Assembly: GCF_964204645.1 (NCBI RefSeq) | Contig: NC_134033.1 | Span: 6,658,231 to 6,722,230, forward strand | Direction of reading: 5' to 3' | Source: Tubulanus polymorphus | Lineage: Eukaryota > Animalia > Nemertea | DNA length: 64,000 nucleotides | In this document: positions 12,131 to 25,239 of the stretch, piece by piece | Numbering within the stretch: the first letter of the stretch is position 1 | Layout of the letters: every line of letters starts with the position of its first letter | Notes under the pieces: generated by a model | Database searches by the model: none | What the model was told of the DNA's origin: nothing | What the model saw: the letters and a program-made list of their open reading frames with translations, nothing else | Position numbers and translations under genes: made by a program

Positions 12131-13920
12131 ATGTCACGAAAGGATGAAGTCGCTTCCGGATTGCGTCGTTACACTCACAACCCTTTGTGAGATGAACCAT
12201 TTAGATCTTGGTGCATTGAAAACGAAAGAAGAGAGGATTGATGTGTTGTCGGACTTAACCGTGATGAGAGAGCCGACCCCCCCCCCCCCAAGTTACACCA
12301 TCATCATGTCTTCTCGACACTGAAAGATTTTTAAAGGGTTGCTGGAACATTTTTCCGTTACTCGTCGCCCGGATAACGAAGCTTTATTGGACACGGTACA
12401 GAAACTGATTTCGGATAGTCGGAGCCGACCTCGAGATTCTCCTGCTAAGATTAATGAAATGACTAAACTGTCCGAGAATGATGACATTCATCACTGGTTC
12501 CGTATTTTTGAAAATTTAGCGAATAGGTTACGGAATTCCCTCGAGCAATTTAACGAGTGTGTTAGAACCGTATCTGACCGGTCCGGCGCAGCAGGCGTGT
12601 ACTTTTCGTTAAGTGTGTCGATAGGAAGGTTTACAAAACGGTAAAGGATGCGATATTTGTCAGATACAGATTGACACCATCCGCGTATCGTCTGAAGTTC
12701 CGTAGGGAAACGAAATATCACACCGAAACGTTTGTGGATTTCGTCGCGCGACTGGATGAATATGTCAGATACTGGTTGACGCCGTCAGATTCGCTACTGG
12801 GAAATTCGGAATATGTTAGAATTCAGGATAGACTCGTTTCCGACCAGTTTTTGTCCAATCTTCGAGACGACACTTTTCGGATGAAACTTTCACAGCGAGA
12901 TGAACTGAGTGCGCGTGAACTCGCTATGTTCGCTGATGATTACGCGACTCAAAGAAATTACTTCGTGAAGAGAATGAGGTCGACGGGAAAAAGTTCGATT
13001 CGAAGTTCGATCAAAGACAGTCGAAAGATCGAGATCGTCAGGGTAGCTGGGAGAAACGGCAGAGCGTTTCACATCTTTATAACGATGCGTGCTACCATTG
13101 TGGTGAATTAGGGCACAAACGTCGTGATTGCCCGAAGTGCGGTGATAGGAATCGTCGCGATGATACTAATCGTAAGGAGGTGAAATTCGTTACCGTCGGA
13201 GGGTAACGCCCGTCGTCGTTAAGGGCGAACGCCTGAGTTTGTTCCAGACAAGTCGTTTTCCGATCCAGGGCCGTTAATCGAACTTCAAGTAAATTCTTCG
13301 GTGATGCATGGATTGGTCGATTCGGCTGCTTCGGTAACGTTAGTAACCGATGAATTGTGTAATAAACTGGGCGTCTAGCCAGTAAAACGTTACGAAACCA
13401 TTCTGAAATGGTTTTAAGGGACCATCTTCTCGTCGTCGGGTATCGTCATGCTCGACATTGGCTGCTGTGGCTTGTCGCTGAGTGTGGAATGTGTCGTTGT
13501 GGAGTCGATGTCGACTCCGGTTTTGATTGGTCGAGACTTCATCTACAGAGCTGGATTGACGGTGGATTTCGCTGCGGGAGATTTTACTGGATCTCAACAT
13601 CTCATCCTGTGGTTAAATGGCCGTTGTTGGGTGTAAATATTCGTCGTCCCCAACAAGTCGAGTTCGATCAACAACCTGTCGTCGATTCGTGCGCTGCTGA
13701 ACCGATCAGCAATGTTCAACGCCCCGAGGCCGTTGAAGCGATTATTTTTGGACGTTAGCGATACTCCGTGTGGAACTCGCGTATTACACGTGGATGACCG
13801 TATTTCGATCGAGCAGAAAAATAAAAAGCCGTGGAACAGGTTCCTGGCATATTACGCAACAGCGTAATCGCAGAATCGTCATCTGGGAATCCAATCGTTG
13901 TTCCGGAGCCTAAACGAGAC
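12131..13920 (+). pseudogene. Degenerate Gypsy gag (SCAN-like capsid segment, CCHC knuckle), aspartic protease and start of RT
   Basis: TPSAYRLKFRRETK...FVARLDEYVRYWL...SDQFLSNL (12671-13111), CYHCGELGHKRRDCP (~13090-13134) and GLVDSAASVTLV (~13310-13345). Multiple stops and frameshifts; most of RT/RNaseH/IN is missing. Confidence 0.8.
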
Positions 13921-14139
13921 ATCCATGTCGCGCTTAATGCGTTACTAGAGGTCATAGGTTTGTTCCGAAATTGTCTGTGGGTGTTATTCATGTCAGAAAT
14001 ATTTTACAGAATAGCAATTGTGTTAAAGCTATTGGTGAATTGATTGATTGGATTCAGTGCGATTTGTGTAAAATATTATTTGTATCATATCGTTCGTGTA
14101 GGAGTCGATCCAGGAAGAAAGCCACTAAATATTTGGATG

Positions 14140-14779
14140 GATATATGAAAGCTGTGGGTACTGGAGTGTGTAATGGGTAGTGTAGTGTGATCTGTGTGCA
14201 TTTGTGGCCAGCACACAGATCACATTGTTCATTGGGGTTCGGTCCAGGACTCACGAGATTTTCAACAACACGGTAGTAACGTGTAATAAATGATGACTTG
14301 AATTGCATGACTACCTACCACCCCTCATTATTGTTGGAAAACTAAACGTTCCGCACTGACTAAAAATTAGTAATGATAATTAATAACATTTAAGAAATGG
14401 CCAGAATTTTAACTTAGGTTCTATCTCATTTTTATTTTACAATTGCGATTGGTATAATTTTTTTCAAACGGCCGTTAAGGCTTCATGTTTCGTCGGCAAT
14501 TCACTGCAAATAGTTACGCAACTACGCACATTTCACTGTTTTTGGCAGTTATACACTCAATCGGCACCGTTCGTGACTAGCTTCACTGCGGAATTATCAT
14601 TAATTAACATCGCCATATCACATCATCAACTTATATTGTGCCTTAAAACCCTAACAGCCGAAATAATTGAAATTCACACACGATTTCTATCATTGAAAAT
14701 TGAGAGAGTGGCCGTGTTTGTGTTCTGCTGCTTCGCGTAAATCCCGCGGGGTGGCGCGGAAAGGGGCCGATACGTCCAG
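14140..14779 (+). mobile_element. Helitron-like repeat copy C inserted in the Gypsy internal region
   Basis: Colinear homology to 2015-2950. Confidence 0.6.
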
Positions 14780-15159
14780 AGGAGGTTGAGAATTTAGATT
14801 TCAGTTGCGAAAAATGTCTTCTCAAGAGGGATCAAGATGCTGGTTCTCTGGATCGGGTTCTGCTTCTGTTTATTGATGGTCATTCGATTCTAGCCCAGTT
14901 CAAACTGAGTGATTCTTTTTCAGACTCAGTCATTAAGTATTTAGATAAAAGGCTTAGTGGTGTAGATTTTAAAATCCGAACTAAATTTAAGGTCCAAGTT
15001 GAGCTGATCGTGGTTTTAATGTTACAAGAAGTTAAAGTTGTTTCATTAATGGTTGTTAGAGTTCAGTGCTCTTGAGTGGTTTGTTTTCCTAGAGAACATG
15101 ACGTTGTAGTTTGGTTGGTTATCTCTGTCTTTATAGAGCCAGATCTTAGGAGAGGGGAG

Positions 15160-15266
15160 TGTAGTGGACTTGATTGAATGCAAGCGCCATCTATCATTGT
15201 ATCGGTGTCATAAACAATAAATTGTGTTGATTGTTTTGATGAGAGAACTTCCGGGTACATGGCGTG
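15160..15266 (+). repeat. Truncated 3' LTR
   Basis: Follows the PPT; matches the 5' LTR up to cttccgggtacatggcgtg, then stops. Confidence 0.85.
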
Positions 15267-15540
15267 AAGTCCGGTCATCTCGTACCCAACAGCATCAAAG
15301 AATAGGGTTAGGTGAGGATATATGTAAATTAATTTATCAACCCTGCAGTTGATAAATGTGGCTCAGTGGGTAAATCACTGGACTTCCGTCGGATTTTTTT
15401 TTCATTTGGTTTCGAATCCCAATATTACAAGTCAGAATTCTACTGCATTGCGCATGCGTCAACATACTTATATAGGCTAATCTGTGAAAATAACTGTACA
15501 TTCATGTAGGGGTAACAACAGTGAGCTACCATGTACTACA

Positions 15541-16456
15541 AACACAACTTTTTCGCTCTCGTTGGTCCTACACTGATGTTAATATACTGGTGTCATTATA
15601 ACATGGATAGGATTGGGTCAGTACTAGCCTAAAATCTAATTCAGTATATTCACTTTTCGCTCGATATTATTCGGCTGCTGCGATCAAACATGTTTAACAT
15701 TTTAGGCCGATTATTTACGCCGGCGATCGGATCGCCCACGAATTCGCTCGTCTGCCCGCACTCAGCGAATTCCGCCGAGCGATCCATTTTCTATCAACCA
15801 ATAGGATGCATTGTTGATATCATGTGAGTTGTTAGCTCTCTTCCACAAGTACCGGTCGCTGACCGAATTTCGGTTTCATCGCTACGTGTGCTCACTCGTA
15901 TCGGGCGTATAAAATCGGCGGCGAATTCACTGGAAAATTTAATCGTCGCGATCGGGTGAAAAAATACGCTCGTGTGTCCCCCTACCTTAAAGTATTCGCA
16001 CGCAGAAAGGCTAATTGAGCCATGTGATTAGATTTTGCTGAGGCCTTGTCTGCTGTCGACATTTTATAGTCAAACCTAGATCCAAAACGTTCATGTGATC
16101 ACGGCTTGTATACAAGAAATCATTATGTAGGCCTGTACATTTTGCTGTACGTAGGTTTGGTATACCGATTTCTCCTATCTCGACAGATATATATCAAATA
16201 TCCAACATCCGGTGAAAGTTTGAATACTGTATACATGTATATAGGTTTTTATGTTCTATGAATATTTTGCAGTTCATGGGTGTATGCTGATGTCAAACAC
16301 ATGAATTTAAATGGTCAAGGGCAGTAAGTCAACACCAACTCTCTTCTACCGATGTTGCATCATACCATATACGGTCTGATTCTTTCAAACCTCAAGCAAA
16401 GCGAATAATACGATCGACATAACACTGGAATAGTTTGCAGTGGCTAAGAGTTTATT
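15541..16456 (+). repeat. Dispersed repeat, paralogue of 5346-6030
   Basis: Long near-identical blocks (aaacacaacttttcgctctcgttgg...; ggtcaagggcagtaagtcaacaccaactc...cactggaatagtttgcagtg). Confidence 0.8.
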
Positions 16457-17486
16457 AGCATTGGTTGACGTCTATGACGTCATGCCAATGCTAGTAAAAT
16501 GGATCGAAAATAGTAGTACGAAAAATAGCGCCGACTCTTCTCATTTTCATAGTAACTTTAAATTGTCACTCCGTTCACGTAAAACATTAGAAACAGCTGA
16601 AAATGACTAAAAAAATGTTTCAATTATTCCCCACAACATAGCGTCGCCAGATTTCTGATTTAATGGTCCAAAAAATTATTCGATCCCATTTTTCTCGTTC
16701 ATTATCTGGTAGATGAAAGCGGGTTAAACAATCGCGTAGCGATATGTCCGCGTTGACATTGGCAGTAAACAATGGGGAACAGCCTCTTCTGAATAGAAAA
16801 ACATAAAATTATGTACCTCCGGTTTATAAATATCACAGTGTTTGGATATCACTGTTATTCCAACTATCAGTATCCATGGGATTATTTGGGATTCATTCTC
16901 AGCGTCAGAAAACGTATTTCTAGAGCAGTGGAACGGCAGATCGTGCGGGAACGCCTTTACTATAGTTAAAACCATTTCATGATGGCACGAAACATCAAAC
17001 GGTAAACGGTAGGCTACCAACATGATACGATATCATCTTATGTCTGTAAAAACTATGTTTAACTCCTATATTGTATCTTGCATGACGTAATGATGAAAAA
17101 TAAATTATATATATATAAAGATAGATCAATTTATTCAATTTTACCAGAGTTGGTTATTGGAGGAAAATATCATTGTTAAGTACACCGAGAACAACCATGT
17201 TGTATCATCAGTCAGTTGACTGACATTGTAAAATTCGCTTCGGCTATATTCTAATATAAGTTTTCACTTTAGGACGCCCTACCCGCCTGCTGCGCACTCA
17301 TAAGGCGGTAGCACCCTCTTACGCACTCGGCAGAGATTCGCTTTGTAATGCGCGCCGGGAAAAATACCTTTTATTATCTTTTCCATGCGTTAAACAACAG
17401 TGATTGAATTTACGCGTTGTTTGTCGTAAATTGCAATATTGCGATGGTTATTTGCCGCTGCTGTAGTTTTTTGGAATTGAATCGAG

Positions 17487-17710
17487 CGGCCTCGGTAGCT
17501 CAGTGAGATCAGGCGTGATGCTGTTGAATCCACTATCAATGCTGAGTAACAAGTGGGTTCGAGACCTGCTGGCTGCGAACAGTGTGTGGGCAACACTTCA
17601 AAGGCCGTACCGTCGTGAGGTTAAATGAACAATCCGATAGGAATAGTCTTGGAAAACCAAGATCCAAACGACGTACGTAAAGCCAAACAAACAAAAAGAC
17701 GAACAAACAA
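17487..17710 (+). mobile_element. tRNA-derived SINE
   Basis: A-box-like TAGCTCAGTGAG (~17496), B-box GGTTCGAGACC (~17556), and an (AAAC)n tail. Confidence 0.65.
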
Positions 17711-19124
17711 TCATCAGCCGGCCTCAGTGACACCAACGCCGGCATCGCTCTCTGCGACGTTTTGCATGCGTACATGCATCAGAGCTTGGAGCTCTAAGAT
17801 CAGAGGGTCTTGCAATTGCATTCAGAAAAATCGTTCTGTTTTTGTTTTCATTATTCAGTGGGGCCTAACAGTTCATGCGTAAAAATGGGTTTTTGTATCC
17901 AAATCTTGATTGATATAAATATCTTGGCTGGGACATGATGGAAAACATCAGAATAAACTAGTTTCGTCTTTTTAACAGAGTCGCATTAATGATGTTTAAC
18001 AGTACAAATAGCCTAGGCTAAATCGTTCGGCAGAAAATGAATTCATTTTCAGGAATAAAATCGTACTAGACAAATAGACCTTTAAGTCTGTGGTCCTCCC
18101 AATCAACACCGTCATAGAAGATTTGCCGGCAGATGTAAAACATATAACCACTTAATACAACAGTATAATCTACCAATGCTTCAAGACCCACACTGTAAAA
18201 AATATATTGGTAAATTTACCAAAAAAATATTGGCAGCAAAGTTGACCAAATATTTTAGTAAAAATACTAGCTTCTGGTTCAATGTAAATACTACTTCCTT
18301 TTAGTAACTTAACGATATATTTATCTAAAGCTAGTGGTATTATTACCAAGCATTTGGTAAAGTATCTGACATAAAATACCAATATTTAGTAGTGATTTTA
18401 ACAAATTATCAAAACACTGAACCAAATATTATTGTAAATTTACTAAAATATTAGAGTCAAATTTGATGCCAATACAACTTGAATAGAATAAATTTACTCG
18501 GCTTAGAAGAACTCAGTTAATTCGGATGACCAGAGACCGGACAGATTTCTCCGAATTAGGAAAAATCCGAATTGAATAATAATTTATATGGTTCCAGGTT
18601 AAAAGGACCAAATATTTCATCCGAATTGAAAAATCTGAATTTACCATCAGCATTAAGTCAAAATTGAAATAAAATCTTTATAAATTATATCTGTCTATAT
18701 TTTTCCATAAAATACATGTATGTGTCAGGTATCTTTAGTTAACACTAATTGCGCCTCTGTTTATCTTAGTGCAAGGCTATATTGGTTACAAGCCTTTGAT
18801 CTATATTTTTCAACTCAGTGACTCGACAAGATCATGATACTGTATTCACATTCAATTAATGCATGTATTTAAAAACACAATCCCTTTAGCTCGTTTAACA
18901 TCAACACGAATAGAAATGAAATAAGTAGCAAATAATCACAAATGGGAACAAAACTACTATTTTTCATATTGAATCACATATTTAATTTCAAAATAGAAAT
19001 TAAATTAAACAACTCAACTAATGCTACCTAACTTCATCAATTTTTAATATAGTAATTGTTCAAGTATGAAGTATATATAAACAGCCATTATCCAATGGAG
19101 ACACTTAGTCCATCAATCTTACTT

Positions 19125-19290
19125 ACTAAAATTTTAACTTCTTTAAGACTTCTTTGGATCTCTTAAAATTTACTAAACTTTTAACTTGGTAAGACTCCTT
19201 TGGGTCTCTTAAAATTTACTAAATTTTTAACTTGGTAAGACTCCTTTGGATCTATTAAAATTGACTAAACTTTTGACTTGGTAAGACACC
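19125..19290. repeat. ~46-bp tandem repeat (about 3.5 units) inside the CACTA element
   Basis: Unit ttactaaacttttaacttggtaagactcctttggatctcttaaaat. Confidence 0.8.
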
Positions 19291-19399
19291 TTCAGATTAT
19301 GTAGACAGAAGCCAATGACTTTCGTCGATTTGACCTTTTTAGTAAAGTTGACTGACCAAAGTGTGAAAATTACATCAACTCAAAAAATCAGTCAAACAA

Positions 19400-20342
19400 T
19401 TATAAGAGGTTGGTTGTATGTTATTGTCTGGTTGAATCTTCTGAATGTAGCGCTGGACAAGTCTAATGTTTTGCTGATTGTGCGCGGATATTCAATATTG
19501 AGCACGAAATAAAGGGCAAATGACATTTTATGGCATCTGACAGCTTCTTGATGTGATCATTAACTATGACACCGTCAACAACGACGTAGAACAAACCACT
19601 GGAATAAATGCTGTTACCTGAAAATAAAAACATTACATGGTATGAGTGTATTTAATAAAAAATTGTGTATGTATTTGAAAAAAACTAATTATGATAGCAT
19701 TTTGGCCAAAAACTACAGACATTTTTGAAATTATTCATTCTTAAGTTTGCGAGCAAATTTCTCCAATATAAAACAAATTGTAACATATAAAACAAGTTTT
19801 AGTTGGAGGGTTTTTAAAATTATCTTTTATGTAACCTACCAATAACAGCAACAAATGGCGTCATTGGTTGGCTTCTGTCCTGACCAATTCTCTCCCTGTT
19901 TCCATCAATCTAAACAAAAAAACATTGGATCTGAAATGAGTTTTACATTCATATGGTAGAGACACAATTCCTGAAAAAAGATCATAGCAATTAGCTTTGT
20001 TAGCCGGTAAAATTGTCTAATTTAATCATAGTTATAAGGAAGCAACACCACTACCAAGTCTTAGGTAGTATACAGATTAGAAATACAGATTTTCAGCTGG
20101 GATTCGTCCTTGCCCATTTAATACACCAACATTACAAATGCACGAATTAGGAGGTATTAGACAACAATTTCCCTTGAAAAATAGTTTTTTCCCTCATGTT
20201 TAACAAAATTGTTACTTACACCGTATACCCTGATGATATCTGAGAGTGTTTCACCAAAATACGCAACCAACAATGGCAATACTGCATCCACTTGTGGAGT
20301 GATGTTTTTCACGTCATCAACATGAGTTTGAACTTCCTTCAA
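19400..20342 (-). pseudogene. Spliced C-terminal remnant of the CACTA accessory gene
   Basis: Three phase-compatible GT-AG exons: ...VLPLLVAYFGETLSDIIRVYG|gtaagt (ends 20220); 19909-19840 IDGNRERIGQDRSQPMTPFVAVIG; and from 19617 NSIYSSGLFYVVVDGVIVNDH...(frameshift) FVLNIEYPRTISKTLD..QRYIQKIQPD. Confidence 0.65.
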
Positions 20343-20367
20343 TATTGCTCAAACATGCTGTTTATGT

Positions 20368-20514
20368 TCATGTAGAATGCAATGCAAATGTTCTTGTACA
20401 TCCTTCAACACCACAACTGAACTTAAAGTTAGGTAGACTTTTATGTAGCATACAATGGTCCACATAAAACTTAGTTGAATTAGATGAAAACTGGCAATCA
20501 CGGCAAGAATACAT
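20368..20514 (-). pseudogene. C2H2 zinc-finger N-terminus, probably the start of the CACTA transposase gene
   Basis: MYSCRDCQFSSNSTKFYVDHCMLH (C-x2-C-x12-H-x3-H) followed by a truncated second finger FSCGVEGCTRTF. Confidence 0.6.
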
Positions 20515-20939
20515 ATCTACAGTAGAAGATCGACTCCTAGTCCAGTATTGAGCGATACAGGCCTATATAAAATAAATATAAATATCAGAAAATAGGAATA
20601 GGCCTAATATTTAAAATCATAACTAACTGTTTGAATTTGGGAATTCTTTTTGAGCAGGTGAAAATTCCCACCGTACTCAGTCACCATATAAGTTCACCTT
20701 ACAATCCAATGACCTAATTGGCGACAAATTTATAACCATTCTCAAGGGTCCAGTTTTACAAAAAGGTTTAACTCTTCAATAGATTTAAATTATTCGTTAA
20801 TTCAATTATCCTAATTCGATTTACGAGTTGTGAACTTGTTTGTGAAACTAAACAGTGAACAGAACAGCCTCACCTCAGGTGATGATTGATCGTGCACTGT
20901 ATTTATTTTGTATTTTGTATTTTTATTATTTTGTATTTT

Positions 20940-20975
20940 TATTATTATTATTACTGTTATTATTATTATTATTAA

Positions 20976-21074
<99 letters not shown>

Positions 21075-21132
21075 TAATATTATTATTATTATTACTTTTA
21101 TTATTATTATCATTATTATTCTATAATTATTA
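20940..21132. repeat. (ATT)n microsatellite
   Basis: About 190 bp of ATT repeats; the source of the poly-Ile/poly-Leu ORFs. Confidence 0.97.
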
Positions 21133-23146
21133 TAATGTTTTTCAGGTGCAGTGACTTGTACAGCCTCTAGGCTTTCACTGCTTCCTTCATTTAACTGTTA
21201 TTTTTCTTCACTATTGTCGTTATACTATCTTGTACTTTAAGTTAAATGAAAAATAAATTATTATTTTTTGGACTTTTGGTTAAAGAACAGCCAACAATTC
21301 GTATTAAAACCCCTAATTTGATTGATTGATTTACCAGCCAAGTTCACCGGACTGTCAGGTATATCTTACTCTGAAAGTATTTGTTTCAATTTAAAAAGTT
21401 CACAAACCTTCTTTCGCGCACTCCTTGACAAACCAGGCAGTAAAATATACATGCATCAACGACCTTGATAATATCGCGCATGAAAAAAGTGTCTGTGTAA
21501 CCGAAACTAAGTATTAGTCCATAGTTCAATTAGTTAGGGTCGAATCCCGCAGTAGACAATAATAATCATTTTGTCATTCAACTCAAGAAAAGAGTCGACT
21601 TAAGCATCCAAAGGGAATATATTATCAATCCTCATAGGCCTATAGGCCTGCAAAGAAACCATAGACATAATAGGAATGTTGTAGCGAAAAAATGTTTTTT
21701 TTAGCCGGCCTCTGCTAAATAAAAAGTTTCGCTCCCCAATTTCCTTAACTAAAATTACATTGGTCGGTGTTCTTATCTGTTACCAATACTTGCATTTCGA
21801 AAGATAAACCGTACTTACCCGGAATGATATTACCAATTCTATATTTCAACGTTAGATCGTTCACGCGTTGAGTTTTCTTCTCGTTCCGTGCTACAAAAAA
21901 ACTTCCAACTTCCGCGCCGCATGTGTCATCACACGCGAATATTGAGTTCGAATCCCATTAATTAAGAATAGAATCGACAACCAGTCGAATCAATAATAAA
22001 TTGATCGAGATATTTCTATACAACGATAGACGTTCTGAATATTCGTATTGCGATAACTAATGGCGTTTCTTGCAGTAATCAGAATTTGTTTATTTCGGTT
22101 ATTTTACCACGAAAATAGTAATTTATGTAATTTTACTAATCTAATTTACTATAAAAAATGTATTTATACCAAATATTTATGTTTATGCAGAACATCTCGT
22201 GAATATTAGTAAATTTACCGCGATATTCAGCAGTAATTTTACAAAAATTTTTTACAGTGCACGGGCCTCTTGTTAACTAGTGGAATAGGTTTGACATGGT
22301 CAACTGAGTTAAAATTCTACGAAAAACTGTTTTTGGCGGGAAAATTCTTAGCTCTCGCGTATAAAATTGCAATGACCTCGATTGGGGGGCGTCGTCTCTA
22401 CGAGCGAAGGGGATTGGTTTTTGGGATATACGGGGAATTCGGGCGCTACTAAAATAATTATGGGGAAGCCATAGAATGGCGTTCGTTTCATTGGACTAGG
22501 TGCCGTATACATGCGAATTTCAAATGCTCATTGCTGGTGAGGATGAAATAACTAGGATTTTAATAATTGTTTTGATTGACATTGAAGTGTAAGCGAACAT
22601 TAACTTACACGAGGCCTCCACATGCGCGCGGAGTGCTGAACGACACACACACAAGCTCGTACAGTACACTACTAAAGGTGATGCTGTAACGCGTACACGT
22701 TTGACATGGAAATAGGCTGAATAATCGATCCAGAAGATGAGCGCTGTGTTTTCTGTTTGATAGAATTTGTAATAAATTGGTATTTCTTGTGACCTGAAAA
22801 TATTAAGCAGCAAACTACAAGTATAGTTCGAGGTCTGAATATTGTAGTCGTAAATTCCAGGATTTAAAACGATCTAATAACCGATTTCTTCTGTACCGGT
22901 ATTTTAAATTCCGCGGCCATTATTGGAAGAGGTTTCCAAGACCCAATATTCAGCCACCCTCTGATATGTGACATCATATCAATTTTAGGCCATCCCATAT
23001 TAATGGCCTGTTTGCCGTAACCCGACCGACCCGACTTCAAAGGTACCGAGTGAAAACTTTTTTTCTGGGATTCATTGAAATAAATTTTATTTTTGATAAA
23101 AACGGCCGACCGACCGACCCACTGCCAACGTATGAGCTACGTATGT

Positions 23147-24066
23147 TAGTAATAGGGAATATGTTGTTTCAGGCCAAAGGTCGATGGGTCGAAAAATAAA
23201 TTCTTGCACACTCGAATTTATTTTTCGACCCTTCAACCTTTAACCTGAAACCACATATTCCCTATTACTCCTAATAATTTCATATAAATGAATTTCATAT
23301 ATTTCAAAATAAATTTCATGTTTTCAAAGTGAGAGTGAAATGTTGAATGAATGAATGTTCATATTTGTATAGCTCCGATTTCACTGTAATCAGTGTTCAA
23401 AGGCGCTCCCCAGCGGTACAGAAGCGACGGGTAAAAAGAAATGTTTTAAGTCCGGTTTTAAATGCTGCGAAGCTGTCTAGAGATCGAAGATGAGATGGGA
23501 GTGAGTTCCAAATAACGGGAGCATGCACGTAGAAAGATCTTCCACCAAATGATTCTAGTCTGTATTTCCTAACGGTGAGCAGATTCTGCGAGTCGGAGCG
23601 TAGAGAACGGGCGGGTGAGTACGGCTATGGGCGGCCATTCCCGCCAAAAATCAGCGTTTCGTCTATTTGTCTGTACTTTGAAAAAATGTCATAGTACACC
23701 GCCAAAATGTGTAAGCGTAACGTCAAATTGTGTAATGCGGCTAAATAACACAGGGGGGCGACACTGTACGGACAGTATTTTGCGGTATTTTTCTCGCTTT
23801 GCGATCATCTCAAGGTCGTCTCATTGAAATAATTTTGCGAGTATCAAATCGTATTACATTTCACTCTCACTTTTAAAACATGAAATTTATTTTTTTAAAT
23901 ATGAAATTCATTTAAATAATGTTCATTTATATGAAATTATTAGAAGTAATAAGGAACATGTTGTTTCAGGTTAAAGGTTGAAGGGTCGAAAAATGAATTC
24001 GAGTGTGCGAGAATTTATTTTTCGACCCTTCAAACTTTGGCCTGAAACAACATATTCCCTATTACT
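23147..24066. mobile_element. Foldback element whose ~190-bp inverted ends each begin with a ~120-bp palindrome
   Basis: 23147-23269 is self-complementary and 23147-23340 is the reverse complement of ~23860-24066. A related palindrome lies at ~45775-45910. No clear TSD. Confidence 0.65.
23347..23620 (-). mobile_element. 3' end of an L2-like LINE
   Basis: YSPARSLRSDSQNLLTVRKYRLESFGGRSFYVHAPVIWNSLPSHLRSLDSFAAFKTGLKTFLF followed by a (CATT)n tail. Confidence 0.8.
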
Positions 24067-25239
24067 TACGTTTTAAGTGTGCATCGTGTGAAAACATGCC
24101 TTGACATGTGGCCTAATTTAAGCCTAATTTAAGTTTTCCAGGAAACTGGCAGTGTTCCAATAGGCTGCCATTCATTCTCATAGTGACTATATTAAAGCTG
24201 GTAACGTAAAAGCGCGCACATATTCAATGTACTGTTTCATTTTTAACACATGAGATGACGCTCTGGACGAAGTTATAATTTTAGATTAATTCTCGAAATC
24301 TACGCTTTTAGACAAATTTCCCGTGCACAATGTAGATGATTTTTGCGATATTGTTTCCATGTAAAAAAGGTGATAAATTTGTTTTTTTTTGCCCAAAGGT
24401 TTTTGCAAAAAAAAAAACGTTTTTACCTACCTACCGACTCATCCTGAAAAGTTGGGTCGGTGTTACGGCAAACAGACAATTATTTTGGGATGGCCTTATT
24501 TGAATATCTTTTTCATATTGTGAAACATATTTTTTTTGAAAAATACTTCTGCGCCTACCTGTACCCTACAAAATTTTGGACGTGGATCGTAACCAAATGT
24601 ATATCTTTGGTCTTATTTGACTACGAAATAATTCTTTAAGAAAGATAAAATACAATATAAACTTGTGGAACTTTGAAGTCACGAATTAAAAAGATTTCTC
24701 AAGCAATGCCCTTATTCAAAACAACCTCTAGCTTTCAAGGTGAACCACACTTTGCCCATGGGCAATTTATTTTATTCAATTTGAGTCTATTATATAAACC
24801 TAATGTGAATATTTACATCGAGAAATGAAAAATGAAAATAAAACTAACATGAAAGTTAAATCGACGCTTTGAAAAATGATTTGTTGCTTGACTTTGTTTG
24901 GGTATGATCCGGTACCACTACAGGGGCAGATCTGGAAAAATTAGAAGGCTGGGTCTGAAGTAATGAAGGGTCATTCCGTGGATAAAACAGCCGCACCAAT
25001 GACCAAGGACGCTTTGTGGGTTCCAACGACGTAGATATTTTTGAAGAAAATCCAAAAATATGCAATTTCGGAGAGGATGGGGGCATATGTCAAATTCGGA
25101 TAGTATCAAATTCTGAACTTTGTCATGAAAAGCGGCCACATCAGTGAAGTACATATATAACGGTAAGAATGAAAAAGGGCACCATGAAATAGATTTCGAA
25201 TAATGTAAAATCAATTTTAATAAAAAATTTGATATTAAA

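Larger units (their letters stand above)
11476..15266 (+). mobile_element. Internally deleted Ty3/Gypsy LTR retrotransposon
   Basis: 5' LTR TGTAG...CTACA (11476-11716), PBS at 11721, polypurine tract aggagaggggag (15148-15159), truncated 3' LTR (15160-15266) similar to the 5' LTR, and gag/protease remnants. Confidence 0.9.
18191..22259 (-). mobile_element. Non-autonomous CACTA/EnSpm (CMC superfamily) DNA transposon
   Basis: TIRs CACTGTAAAAAA / TTTTTTACAGTG, 2-bp TSD CA (18189-18190 and 22260-22261), gtaaatttac-type subterminal repeats, and gene remnants inside. Confidence 0.85.
16457..22274 (+). mobile_element. HINE-like element, family 4, interrupted by a SINE and a CACTA element
   Basis: Head agcattgg...ccaatgcta. 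The tail ccaatgcttcaagaccca|cgggcctcttgtt is split by the CACTA insertion. Inserted at a TT site with no TSD; the empty site gtttatttactagtggaatagg is at 6021-6042. Confidence 0.7.
22988..24495. mobile_element. PIF/Harbinger-like MITE
   Basis: TIRs ggccatccca..taat..ctgtttgccgtaac with a TTA TSD on both sides. The empty site gaattttatttgaa in the paralogue (~51409-51422) has a single TTA. Confidence 0.8.
22294..24773 (+). mobile_element. HINE-like family 3, 5'-truncated copy
   Basis: Homologous to 50735-51744 and 63890-64000. Tail caaggtgaaccacac followed by the palindrome ttgcccatgggcaa and a T-run. Confidence 0.7.

Noticed and set aside
20811-21154. Poly-Ile/poly-Leu ORFs
   Set aside because: Translations of the (ATT)n microsatellite.
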